This document shows, piece by piece, positions 1-8,331 of a stretch of DNA of 64,000 nt (the first letter of the stretch is position 1; each line of letters starts with the position of its first letter). A program made the position numbers and the translations under genes. The notes below the pieces were generated by a model, which had not been told where the DNA came from, ran no database searches, and saw nothing but the letters and a program-made list of their open reading frames with translations. Source of the DNA: Nitrospirota bacterium (GTDB taxonomy: Bacteria > Nitrospirota > Thermodesulfovibrionia > Thermodesulfovibrionales > Magnetobacteriaceae); assembly GCA_015233895.1 (NCBI GenBank), contig JADFXG010000011.1, positions 37,212 to 101,211 of the forward strand. Reading direction: 5' to 3'.

Positions 1-273
1 GACTATATTGAAAAAACTGGTTAACCCGACAATATTTAGTGCGTATTCTATCGAGCTGATTCCACCGCCACCGAAGTAGGATGAATTAGCTATTTTTAGT
101 ATTGACGCTGAGAGCCCTACGTCTTTGCTTGTTAACGACACGATTTTTCTTATATCCGGAGTCGTTTGCTTGATTTCTTTGTACAAGTTATTTACAATCT
201 TTGACTGAACGGGAATACCTATCCCTTTTACTATCTCCTCTGCTTGTCTTATATCAACATCTTTTTGTAACAT
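1..273 (-). CDS. HDOD domain protein, N-terminal part (the gene continues off the left edge)
   Basis: I translated the minus strand myself from the ATG at 273-271, which is preceded by a GAGGGGAG RBS. It reads MLQKDVDIRQAEEIVKGIGIPVQSKIVNNLYKEIKQTTPDIRKIVSLTSKDVGLSASILKIANSSYFGGGGISSIEYALNIVGLTSFFNIV and stays open to position 1. The pattern (..D.gL.a.iLkiaNS..fg....isSie.Al..vGl) matches the HDOD signature. Confidence 0.6.
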   Translation of the reverse strand, partial: MLQKDVDIRQAEEIVKGIGIPVQSKIVNNLYKEIKQTTPDIRKIVSLTSKDVGLSASILKIANSSYFGGGGISSIEYALNIVGLTSFFNIV

Positions 274-474
274 TACTCTGCTCCCCTCTTAAACCTTTGT
301 ATTTTAACTGCTACGCCGTTTAACAAAGACATTTCTATCAACCCGACTGCCTACACGATGTTACTTGCATAGACTATTTTAACTTAAATATGACATTTAG
401 CGCTACAGAATAAAAGTTAACAGAATTTGCATTGGTGGGAATTAAACAGCGGAGGAGATTTTCAGAGGAGTAGC

Positions 475-882
475 TTATTGTCTGACCAAACCGTAAGTTT
501 CAAGCAATGCTGACAGTTTTCTGGTATCAACAGGTTTTGTGAGGTAATGGTTACATCTGTTTAGACCGCGGTAGTAGGAGTCAAGTACGTCTTTGGGAGC
601 ATCCAAAGACGTAGTCATGATGATTTTCACCTCTTCATCGGGTGTTATTCCCATAGCTTTTTCTTTAGTTCTGATTTTTTGCAGTGCTGACACCCCGTCC
701 ATATCAGGCATCATGATATCAAGACATATAAGGTCATACCCATAGCCCTCATCTATTGCCATCATGTAAGCCTCCACTGCCTCGGCTCCGTTAACAGTAA
801 CATCAACCTCTCCGTAAGATGAAAGAAAGTGTCTAAGCAACGTGCGGCTTGTAAAATCATCATCAGCTATCAGTATTCTCAT
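475..882 (-). CDS. CheY-like single-domain response regulator (receiver only, 135 aa)
   Basis: An internal ATG at 882 is preceded by an AGGAGAGAGG RBS. MRILIADDDFTSRTLL...DLICLDIMMPDMDGVSAL...IIMTTS...YLTKP gives the receiver DD / D / T / K signature. The ORF-track start at 1254 adds 124 aa that look like a decayed domain remnant plus AT-rich spacer. Confidence 0.85.
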   Translation of the reverse strand: MRILIADDDFTSRTLLRHFLSSYGEVDVTVNGAEAVEAYMMAIDEGYGYDLICLDIMMPDMDGVSALQKIRTKEKAMGITPDEEVKIIMTTSLDAPKDVLDSYYRGLNRCNHYLTKPVDTRKLSALLETYGLVRQ

Positions 883-1039
883 ATTACCTCTCTCCTTTAA
901 TTGTAGCATGGGATTGTATTTATTTTCACGTTTTAGTAAATTCACCTCGTTATATTCCATTTTTATATAATCGGTTGTTTGTGTGTTTTTATTAACATCA
1001 GATTCTCTAAAGCTTTGGAAATATGTATTAATCAGAGTT

Positions 1040-1302
1040 AAGTTTGAGGTTTTTGTGAAACTCGGGCTCGTAGTTCCCTGAAAACATGCCATTACCACAC
1101 TTAAACATGTTGCTTGTGTGCCGGTTGTGCCAAATTCTCCTGTTGCCGTAAAAGCCAGTGTGCCTGCGTATGATGTCGAATTTGCATCCGGTACATCTGA
1201 TGCTATTGTGGCTGTTGTTGAGCCAAAGCTGACTGTCTGCTGATAAAAAGTCATCTGCTTGGTTGTGTTTGCAGCTATTGTTGATAAACTATATTCATAA
1301 AT
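1040..1302 (-). pseudogene. N-terminally truncated remnant of the C-terminal-domain (CTD) family. It lies in frame directly after the stop of the upstream copy and reads through into the receiver ORF.
   Basis: IYEYSLSTIAANTTKQMTFYQQTVSFGS...SYAGTLAFTATGEFGTTGTQATCLSVVMACFQGTTSP aligns with the second half of the CTD (FTNYLSSQTTRLFTFQEKTASIY...SYGGSLTFVS..SGTQASC..ISCLQG..P). It lacks the first half and the final PKR..TG..C motif. Confidence 0.4.
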
Positions 1303-1722
1303 TTAGTGACCGACTACAATACTCTTTCCGCCGGAGCCCGCCGTACTGTTATTCTGACAAACATAACCGGCTAAATTGCGTTTTGGGTTAGTTATACCCT
1401 GAAAACAGCTTACCGTTACGTTAGTGCAGTTTAACGCAGTTCCGGTTGAATAAATTGACAACACAGCGCCATAAGAATAAGCGCTTCCGCTCAATTCCCA
1501 ACTTCTGTTAGCAAGATAGGTAAAATTGCTGTTTACCTCACTGGATTTAGCCGTTGTGCCTGCCCCTACAACAAACGTGTCTGATAGACTGCGCCTTGGC
1601 GTTAGACAGAACACTATTTCTCCATCATCCGTAAATGGCAGACCTTTATGCGGAACTGGTTTTTCTTTTTTTGCAGTGTGGTTTTTTATCAAATCTGGCG
1701 TGTAAAGGAAAGAAAAGGCCAC
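1303..1722 (-). CDS. Stand-alone CTD-family protein (type A, ends VGH); no signal peptide is visible
   Basis: LPFTDDGEIVFCLTP ... SAYSYGAVLSIYSTGTALNCTNVTVSCFQGITNPKRNLAGYVCQNN...VVGH matches the four-Cys CTD shared by the propeller proteins at 27.5-48.3 kb. Confidence 0.55.
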   Translation of the reverse strand: MAFSFLYTPDLIKNHTAKKEKPVPHKGLPFTDDGEIVFCLTPRRSLSDTFVVGAGTTAKSSEVNSNFTYLANRSWELSGSAYSYGAVLSIYSTGTALNCTNVTVSCFQGITNPKRNLAGYVCQNNSTAGSGGKSIVVGH

Positions 1723-1971
1723 AGTCGCCTTAATCTGTCCCTTTTAATAGACTTCATCGTGAGAGCCGATGTTGAGAAGATGAACAGTGTCTTGCGTTAT
1801 TTTGAATACTATTCGGATGTCGTGGGTAACAGAGCAGGCGTATTTGCCATTTAAGTTAGCAGATAAAGCATGGGTTTTAAGGGAAGCGTCAAAAGGGTCT
1901 GATGCTATTTTCTCTGTAAAATTATATATGGAGTCTGGAGGTTTGGGTTTTTCTTTAAAAGTTTTTTAGCC

Positions 1972-2211
1972 TTAATCATCATCGGCATTAAGGATAGCTT
2001 CCATAAGTTCTTTTGCCGAATTACAAACAACGTAATCAGGATCGGCTTCAGCGGCAAGCGTTTCCTCAACGAAAGCCTGATGCTTACGCTCTTTTTCAGC
2101 AAGGAATGCTATAAAATCAGACACTTCTTTAATCCGTTCTCTGGAAAGTCCACTTAGCATCTCCTGAATACGTTCAACATCAGGATTTACTTCTATTACG
2201 GTTTCTATCAT
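1972..2211 (-). CDS. Small DUF2281-like (antitoxin-like) protein, 79 aa
   Basis: The internal ATG at 2211 gives MIETVIEVNPDVERIQEMLSGLSRERIKEVSDFIAFLAEKERKH..., which fits the pattern L..e...ev.dFi.FL..k typical of DUF2281. The 70-aa N-terminal extension in the ORF track is AT-rich and low-complexity, so it is probably non-coding. No partner toxin gene is visible. Confidence 0.4.
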   Translation of the reverse strand: MIETVIEVNPDVERIQEMLSGLSRERIKEVSDFIAFLAEKERKHQAFVEETLAAEADPDYVVCNSAKELMEAILNADDD

Positions 2212-2317
2212 GTTATATTTTAAAATTTTTTGAAGTAAATGGTAAAGGATCACGAAGGAGAATTGTAATATAAAAAAAAGCACAAACAATAGAATAAAAC
2301 ACGAAAAACTTAGATAA

Positions 2318-2347
2318 TTGACAAAACCACTCCTGTTGTGTTTAAAT
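2318..2347 (+). promoter_or_regulatory. Candidate sigma70-type promoter of pyrR-pyrB
   Basis: TTGACA at 2318-2323, an 18-nt spacer, then an extended -10 TGtTTAAAT (TG at 2339-2340, hexamer at 2342-2347). Confidence 0.45.
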
Positions 2348-2352
2348 GGGAG

Positions 2353-2388
2353 ACCTTTAAAGGATGGTCCCGTGAGGCTGGCAAGGTA
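2353..2388 (+). promoter_or_regulatory. Candidate PyrR-binding RNA element in the pyrR leader
   Basis: ACCTTTAAAGGATGGTCCCGTGAGGCTGGCAAGG resembles the conserved PyrR binding loop (CCUUUAA...UCCAGAGAGGCU.GCAAGG). It lies about 50 nt upstream of the pyrR TTG start, between the promoter and the RBS. Confidence 0.55.
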
Positions 2389-2437
2389 GTGAATCTGAAC
2401 TCCATCCTGAAACTTTATCAAAGGAGCAAACCATCAT

Positions 2438-2974
2438 TTGAAACGTGAACTTTTAACTAAACAGGACATTACCAGAATTCTTTTGCGTATAGCTCACGAA
2501 ATAGCAGAAAGAAACAAAGGTTGTGAGGGGCTATGTCTGGTGGGGATTCAAAGAGGCGGAGTCGATCTGGCAAAAAGGCTTGCCGAGGCAATTAAAAACA
2601 TCGAAAACACGGTCGTGCCGGTTGCAGCCCTTGATATTTCATTTTACCGTGATGATCTCAATATCAAAAAGACTCATCCTATTGTCAAAAAAACTGAGAT
2701 GCCATTTGATATAAATAACAAAAAGATAGTTCTCGTTGATGATGTTATATACACGGGGCGCTCAATCCGGGCAGCACTGGATGCCCTCATGGACTTCGGG
2801 CGTCCGGCACAGGTGCAGCTTGCCGTCCTGATTGACAGAGGACACAGAGAGCTCCCCATAAGAGCCGACTACGTTGGTAAAAACATTCCAACCTCTAAAA
2901 CCGAACAAATAAAAGTTCTCCTCATTGAGCGCGGCCATGACAAAGATGCTGTGGTCATTCAAAGAGTTGAGTGA
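2438..2974 (+). CDS. pyrR: PyrR, bifunctional pyrimidine operon regulator / uracil phosphoribosyltransferase
   Basis: TTG start with an AAAGGAG RBS. The PRTase motif is [18 protein letters not shown], plus ...[20 protein letters not shown]. The gene lies immediately upstream of pyrB. Confidence 0.9.
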   Translation: MKRELLTKQDITRILLRIAHEIAERNKGCEGLCLVGIQRGGVDLAKRLAEAIKNIENTVVPVAALDISFYRDDLNIKKTHPIVKKTEMPFDINNKKIVLVDDVIYTGRSIRAALDALMDFGRPAQVQLAVLIDRGHRELPIRADYVGKNIPTSKTEQIKVLLIERGHDKDAVVIQRVE

Positions 2975-2977
2975 GCG

Positions 2978-3886
2978 ATGAAAAAGCACCTGATTGACAT
3001 CAAAAGCACATCCCTTGAGGATATTAAACTGGTGCTTGATACCGCATCGTCCTTTAAAGACGTTTTAAGCAGAGACATTAAGAAGGTGCCGGCATTAAGG
3101 GGTAAAACCGCCGTTAATCTCTTTTTTGAGCCCTCCACCCGGACAAAGACATCTTTTGAGCTTGCAGAAAAAAGACTGAGCACCGATGTCATAAACTTTG
3201 CCGTCCCAACAAGCAGTGTCGTGAAAGGAGAGAGCCTCTACGACACCATAAAAACCATCGAATCCTACGGAGTTGACTTTATCATCATACGGCACCAGTC
3301 AAGCGGTGTGCCGCACTTTATTACATCGTTTTCTAATGCCTCAGTTATCAATGCGGGTGATGGAATTAACGAGCATCCCACACAAGCTCTGTTAGACGCA
3401 TTTACACTGATGGAGAAAAAAGGGGTGATAGAGGGACTTAAAATAGCCGTAGTTGGGGATATTTTTCATAGCAGAGTGGCACGGTCAAATATTTTTTGCT
3501 TAAAAAAACTCGGTGCAGAAGTTAGAATTGTCGCCCCAAACACTCTGATCCCAAAGGGGATTGAAAACGAGGGCGTGCATATATACAATAACCTTGAGGA
3601 CGGCATAAGCGGAGTTGATGCCATCATGATGCTGAGAATTCAAAACGAGCGTCAAAGTGGCGGATTTCTAAGCTCCAAGGATGAGTATTTCCGCTTCTGG
3701 GGACTTACCTCAAAGCGCTTAAAAAGGGCAAAACCCGACTGCATTGTCATGCACCCAGGTCCCATGAACAGAGGAGTTGAAATAGACTCCGAGGTTGCCG
3801 ACAGCGCTCAGTCAGTTATACACGCTCAGGTCATTAACGGCCTTGCCGTCAGGATGGCGGTTCTTTATTTGCTTAGCACCGCTTAG
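2978..3886 (+). CDS. pyrB: Aspartate carbamoyltransferase catalytic subunit
   Basis: It carries the STRTKTSFE (STRTR-type carbamoyl-phosphate site), HPTQALLD and HPGPMNRG motifs. It starts 4 nt after the pyrR stop. Confidence 0.93.
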   Translation: MKKHLIDIKSTSLEDIKLVLDTASSFKDVLSRDIKKVPALRGKTAVNLFFEPSTRTKTSFELAEKRLSTDVINFAVPTSSVVKGESLYDTIKTIESYGVDFIIIRHQSSGVPHFITSFSNASVINAGDGINEHPTQALLDAFTLMEKKGVIEGLKIAVVGDIFHSRVARSNIFCLKKLGAEVRIVAPNTLIPKGIENEGVHIYNNLEDGISGVDAIMMLRIQNERQSGGFLSSKDEYFRFWGLTSKRLKRAKPDCIVMHPGPMNRGVEIDSEVADSAQSVIHAQVINGLAVRMAVLYLLSTA

Positions 3887-3964
3887 TCGCATACATATTT
3901 ATAGTTTTTAGCTGAGGCAATTCGTAACCTTGATTATTTTTCATCTATATATGTAATATGTTGC

Positions 3965-4882
3965 ATGCTGAGTAAATCATTCGGAATAATCTTTTTTGTA
4001 CTGTTGTCAGTGTTTATTATTTACGGACAATCATTCGCTTATAGTGAGTTTGCAGAGAAAACAAAAAAAGATTGCCAGTACTGCCATATAGACCCAGCTG
4101 GCGGAGGACAACTCACAAATGAGGGACAAGCGTATAAACGAGAAATTTCTGTTAAAGGTAAAGGTTCACCGCTTACAACAAGTCAGAAAATAATCAGATT
4201 TATTTTTGGTTTTTTACACATAACATGCGGTGTCACATGGTTTGGGGCAATACTTTATGTGCACATTTTACTTAAGCCAGCTTATGCATCAAGAGGGTTG
4301 CCAAAGGGAGAGCTGACTCTCGGATGGATAACTATTTGCGTTGTAGGCGCTACAGGGCTGCTTCTAACAATAACGCGTATTCATGACTTGCAAACACTGT
4401 TTCATACAAAGTTTGGTATCCTTTTAACTATAAAAATAACAATTTACATAATCATGCTATCATCAGCGACAATTGTTACATTTTTTATCGGAAAGAAACT
4501 AAAAGGGAAAGTTGAAAGTAACATTGACACTATGAAAGGCGTTTTTACCATGGATGAAATTGCAGGTTGTGACGGGAAAGACGGCAGAGCCGCGTATGTT
4601 TTGTATAAAGGGGAGATTTATGACGTCACCTCCAGCAGGATGTGGAAAGATGGGAAACACGTTGGTAAACATCTTGCAGGTTTTGACCATACTGAGTCGT
4701 TAAAACAAGCGCCTCACAGCGAAGATAAACTCATGAAGTATCCCAAAGTTGGCAAGTTGGTTGAAAAGCAAGCAACAGCAAAACAGCCGTTTCATAGAAG
4801 ACTATTTTACTTTTTTATTTATTTTAATCTATTTTTGGTTTTAGCGGTTCTTTTTATAATTTCTCTATGGCGTTGGGGTTAA
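3965..4882 (+). CDS. Membrane protein with signal peptide, one CxxCH motif, several TM helices and a C-terminal cytochrome b5-like heme/steroid-binding domain
   Basis: Signal peptide MLSKSFGIIFFVLLSVFIIYGQSFA; the CxxCH motif is CQYCH; there are 4 hydrophobic helices. FTMDEIAGCDGKDGRAAYVLYKGEIYDVTSSRMWKDGKHVGKHLAGFDHTESL matches the MAPR/cyt-b5-like fold pattern. A final TM helix closes the protein. Confidence 0.6.
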   Translation: MLSKSFGIIFFVLLSVFIIYGQSFAYSEFAEKTKKDCQYCHIDPAGGGQLTNEGQAYKREISVKGKGSPLTTSQKIIRFIFGFLHITCGVTWFGAILYVHILLKPAYASRGLPKGELTLGWITICVVGATGLLLTITRIHDLQTLFHTKFGILLTIKITIYIIMLSSATIVTFFIGKKLKGKVESNIDTMKGVFTMDEIAGCDGKDGRAAYVLYKGEIYDVTSSRMWKDGKHVGKHLAGFDHTESLKQAPHSEDKLMKYPKVGKLVEKQATAKQPFHRRLFYFFIYFNLFLVLAVLFIISLWRWG

Positions 4883-4982
4883 GTACATCAACTGCAAAGA
4901 TTTCAGGATATTTATTATTTTATTCAAACCATTGGATAAGCTATAATAGATTACAAAGCCTAAGCAAACAAGGAGGTCTAAG

Positions 4983-5597
4983 TTGACAGACAGACACAGC
5001 GATAAAATGTCCTTTTGTGTAACTATAAATGACGAAGACGTTTATGAGGCAATGAAATCTATAAGCGGTTATCTTGATATAACATCCAGAGATTTTAAAG
5101 AGGTTTACCAGGTCGCATATAAACATGCCTTAAACAGAGTAACACAATCTGTGGTAATCAAAGAAGTGATGACCACAGATGTCGTGACAGTTACGGCAGA
5201 TACTCCAATTACTGAAGTGTCTGACAGGCTTTCTGAACATGCAATTTCCGGGATGCCGGTAGTTGATGACAGTGGCAAACCTGTTGGGGTCATATCAGAA
5301 AAGGATTTACTTTCCCGGATGGGGGCAGACCACACCTTAACTTTTATGTCGGTAGTTTCTCTATGTTTAAAACATAAGTGTTGTAAGATTATGAAGATTG
5401 CAAATCTTACTGCCAAAAACATAATGACAACACCTGCCGTGTGCATTAATGAAAACGCTTCAATCCATGAGGCAGTGTCTGTTTTTAAGACTAAGAAAAT
5501 CAACCGGATACCAGTGCTTTCGGTTGACGGCAGACTGGTTGGAATAATCACTCGTGGCGATATCCTGAGATCCCCTTTGTTTCAAATAAACGTATAA
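4983..5597 (+). CDS. CBS-pair domain protein
   Basis: TTG start 6 nt after an AGGAGG RBS. There are two CBS motifs (VMTTDVVTVTADTPITEV...GMPVVDDSGKPVGVISEKDLL and IMTTPAVCINENASIHEA...RIPVLSVDGRLVGIITRGDIL). Confidence 0.8.
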   Translation: MTDRHSDKMSFCVTINDEDVYEAMKSISGYLDITSRDFKEVYQVAYKHALNRVTQSVVIKEVMTTDVVTVTADTPITEVSDRLSEHAISGMPVVDDSGKPVGVISEKDLLSRMGADHTLTFMSVVSLCLKHKCCKIMKIANLTAKNIMTTPAVCINENASIHEAVSVFKTKKINRIPVLSVDGRLVGIITRGDILRSPLFQINV

Positions 5598-5678
5598 AGA
5601 AACACCCGAAAAATTTTCAGCTCACTTATGAAGTAGATAAAGTATATGTGTTTAAAAACAGCAAACTATGACGTGTGC

Positions 5679-5707
5679 TTGACATAAGCCCGATAAAAAC
5701 GTAGAAT
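5679..5707 (+). promoter_or_regulatory. Candidate sigma70-type promoter upstream of the CapD-like gene
   Basis: TTGACA (5679-5684), a 17-nt spacer, then TAGAAT (5702-5707). Confidence 0.45.
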
Positions 5708-5829
5708 TAACTGTAGAATTATAAAATGCCGCAATTACAAAATCATATGGTCTTTTTTGAGACTTGTTACGTTGTGTTGGAGTCTCTGTGCCTGTGGCCG
5801 GAAAGCAGTTTTTACGGCAAGGTGATAAC

Positions 5830-7698
5830 ATGAAGAGAAAAATTTACTTTATCTTATCTGATGCTCTTATCATAGCAGCGTCTCTTTACCTTGCCTTTTA
5901 CATCCGTTTTGATTTCTCCATTGACGTTGTGGATAGATACCTTCAGCTCATACTGTTTTTCCTGCCGATTTTCCTTACCGTAAAAATTTCCACTTTTTAT
6001 ATATTTAGAATCTACAGTATCACATGGCGCTATGTTGGCTTAAACGACTTATGTAAAATAGTGAACTCGTTAATTGCCTCTGAGATGATTCTAATAGGAG
6101 TCATATATTACATGTTCTTGCCGGAGACGGCGCGATTTAATTCACTGTTAGGGGGTGGCATAGTATTTCCGCGCAGTATAGTGGTTATAGACTTGATATT
6201 GTCGTTAATCTTTATGTCTGCCATAAGAATATCCAAACGTCTCTATCATGAGATCCTAAGCCGTAAGCGTAGTAAAGAAGGTAAGAGCACAATAATCATA
6301 GGGGCCGGCAACTCTGCTGAAATGCTTGTAAGAGAGATTTCAAGACAGCTTGTGCCGGAATTTAACGTAATCGGTTTTCTTGATGATGACCCTAATAAAA
6401 TCGGCGCCTATGTTCACAGCATTAAGGTACTGGGTAAAATTGATAAACTTAGAGACTACATATATCAATATAACATTCAGGTGGTCATTATAGCGATAAC
6501 CAATCTTGATTATGGAGCTCTTAAGAGAATATATGAGATGTCAAGGGGCTCAGGAGTAAAAAACATAAAAATCACCCCCATGATGCACGGTGATAATAAC
6601 GTTAATGTGGCGATAAATTCGCTTGAAGATTTAAAAATAGAAGACCTCATAGGACGGCAGGTAATAAAGCTTGATTATGGTCAGATAAAGGATTTTTTGT
6701 CAGGTAACAAGATAGTAGTATTTGGAGCTGGCGGGTCAATCGGCTCAGAGATAGCCAGCCAGTTGTGTGCACTAAGGCCATCGCATCTTGTGCTTTTTGA
6801 CATGGATGAGACTGCCATGTTTAATCTGCAAACCAAACTAAGTAAGCACTATCCTGCACTTAAGCAAAACGTAAGTTACGTGATAGGCAATATAACGGAC
6901 ACATCGAGAGTGGAGGAAATCTTCATTCTCTACCGGCCAGATAAGGTGTTTCATGCAGCAGCTTATAAACATGTCCCTATGATGGAGCACAATCCTACGG
7001 AGGCAATCAAGGTTAACGTTTTGGGCACATACAATATAGCGGAGCTTTCGGAGCGTTATGGAGTGAAAAAGTTCATAATGCTTTCTACCGATAAAGCAGT
7101 AAACCCTTGCGGAATAATGGGCGCTACTAAGCGTGCTGCCGAGGAGTTGTGCAAGGTGGTAGCCGGCAGTACGAGTTTTATATCGGTGCGGTTTGGCAAT
7201 GTGCTGGGAAGCCGGGGGAGTGTGTTGCCTCTCATGCTTGAACAGTTACGTAAAGGGGGGCCTCTTACTGTAACACACAGAGACATGGAGCGCTACTTCA
7301 TGACAATACCAGAGGCTGTATCGCTTGTTTTGCAGGCAAGCGTAATTGGGCAAAGTGGTGACATTATGATTCTTGACATGGGAAAACCTGTCAGGATTCT
7401 TGAGCTTGCAGAGGAGTTAATCAGGCTTCATGGCATGACTCCCTATAAAGACATTGACATAGAGTTCATAGGACTCAGACCTGCTGAGAAACTAAGAGAG
7501 GAGCTGTACACATCCTCAGAGAAAATCTCTAAAACATCGCATGAAAAAATACTTACTATAATGAATGAAGGACGCAGCACAAAGCCGGAAATTGAAGCTA
7601 TGTTGGATCAATTGAGAAAGACGCTACAAAACAACGACCCTCACAAAGATACTGAAATCAGAGATATTCTCAGAAAATACCATATGCTGTCTGATTAA
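5830..7698 (+). CDS. Membrane-anchored polysaccharide biosynthesis protein, CapD/PglF/WbpM-like UDP-sugar 4,6-dehydratase
   Basis: I prefer the start at ATG 5830 (MKRKIYFIL). There are four N-terminal TM helices and two Rossmann motifs (IIGAGNSAEML; VFGAGGSIGSE). AAAYKHVP supplies YxxxK, and TDKAVNP is also present. Confidence 0.85.
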   Translation: MKRKIYFILSDALIIAASLYLAFYIRFDFSIDVVDRYLQLILFFLPIFLTVKISTFYIFRIYSITWRYVGLNDLCKIVNSLIASEMILIGVIYYMFLPETARFNSLLGGGIVFPRSIVVIDLILSLIFMSAIRISKRLYHEILSRKRSKEGKSTIIIGAGNSAEMLVREISRQLVPEFNVIGFLDDDPNKIGAYVHSIKVLGKIDKLRDYIYQYNIQVVIIAITNLDYGALKRIYEMSRGSGVKNIKITPMMHGDNNVNVAINSLEDLKIEDLIGRQVIKLDYGQIKDFLSGNKIVVFGAGGSIGSEIASQLCALRPSHLVLFDMDETAMFNLQTKLSKHYPALKQNVSYVIGNITDTSRVEEIFILYRPDKVFHAAAYKHVPMMEHNPTEAIKVNVLGTYNIAELSERYGVKKFIMLSTDKAVNPCGIMGATKRAAEELCKVVAGSTSFISVRFGNVLGSRGSVLPLMLEQLRKGGPLTVTHRDMERYFMTIPEAVSLVLQASVIGQSGDIMILDMGKPVRILELAEELIRLHGMTPYKDIDIEFIGLRPAEKLREELYTSSEKISKTSHEKILTIMNEGRSTKPEIEAMLDQLRKTLQNNDPHKDTEIRDILRKYHMLSD

Positions 7699-7733
7699 AT
7701 TTTATACGGTTTCTAATTGGTATTATGCGCTTA

Positions 7734-7763
7734 TTGAATTAAACACCGCTCTTTTGCTATAAT
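7734..7763 (+). promoter_or_regulatory. Possible promoter of the NHLP-like gene
   Basis: TTGAAT (7734-7739), an 18-nt spacer, then TATAAT (7758-7763). Confidence 0.35.
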
Positions 7764-7875
7764 ATAAGTAAGATATATTATAGCCTTATCTTCAGGCATA
7801 TATGCTAACGGCCCAAACGGGGTTATTTATCTAATTATAAAACAATACCCCGGCAGTGGAAAGGAGGGACAAGCC

Positions 7876-8220
7876 ATGCTAGGCTATAAGGAATTGGAAA
7901 CCCGCTTTCAGGAAATTTTTCGGATGGCCGTCGACGATATGGATTTCAGGGCTAAGTTTATTCAAAACCCCAGAGAAACATTCAAAGGATTCGGCATCGA
8001 ACTACCCGAGGACGTGAAGGTCGGTATCTTTGAAAACACCAACAAAATGCTTAACTTTGTCATTCCAGCTCATGTTCCCGAAAGACCCTATGCCTACAGA
8101 CACTGGACTAACGAAATGTTTACCGATTTAAGCACGATAGTATTCAGAGAGGAAGCCCCAATGAGATACTGGGAGGAGGTCCTTATGGAAAGCGATGAGG
8201 TACTGAATCCTGTCTCATAA
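7876..8220 (+). CDS. Nitrile-hydratase-leader-peptide (NHLP)-like domain protein, stand-alone
   Basis: FRAKFIQNPRETFKGFGIELPEDVKVGIFENTNKMLNFVIPAHVPE follows the NHLP / NHase-alpha-like pattern (F...l..NP......G..lPe.v.v.v.E.t...l.lvlP). GGAGGG RBS upstream. Confidence 0.55.
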   Translation: MLGYKELETRFQEIFRMAVDDMDFRAKFIQNPRETFKGFGIELPEDVKVGIFENTNKMLNFVIPAHVPERPYAYRHWTNEMFTDLSTIVFREEAPMRYWEEVLMESDEVLNPVS

Positions 8221-8234
8221 CACTATTTAAAACC

Positions 8235-8287
8235 CCTCTTACAGTTTTTTTCGTATATTGGATGCGCGGTAAGAGGTCTTTTTTATT
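8235..8287 (+). terminator. Candidate Rho-independent terminator after the NHLP-like gene
   Basis: CCTCTTAC (8235-8242) pairs with GTAAGAGG (8269-8276), followed by a T-rich tail (TCTTTTTTATTT). The 26-nt loop is unusually large. Confidence 0.45.
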
Positions 8288-8331
8288 TAAGTACAGCCCT
8301 TAGGCAGTCAGAACATACTCAGGTGTACTTT

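Noticed and set aside
883-1254. N-terminal 124 aa of ORF 475..1254, as a genuine fusion of a CTD-like segment to the response regulator
   Set aside because: A strong RBS plus ATG at 882 starts a complete receiver domain. The connecting segment is AT-rich and low-complexity. The CTD-like part is truncated at both ends. I therefore call it a remnant, and I list the open question in the findings.
1648-2102. Small ORFs 1648..1854 (+), 1787..1969 (+) and 1905..2102 (-)
   Set aside because: They have no RBS and no recognisable motif. They overlap each other or better-supported genes and are probably chance ORFs in AT-rich DNA.
2212-2421. N-terminal extension of ORF 1972..2421 (hydrophobic, Phe/Leu-rich)
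   Set aside because: It is encoded by the AT-rich divergent promoter region of pyrR. The internal ATG at 2211 gives a compact protein with a recognisable motif.
5764-5829. Upstream TTG start for the CapD-like gene (MLRCVGVSVPVAGKQFLRQGDN...)
   Set aside because: The extension is not hydrophobic or conserved-looking. The ATG at 5830 immediately precedes the first TM helix, as is typical for this family.
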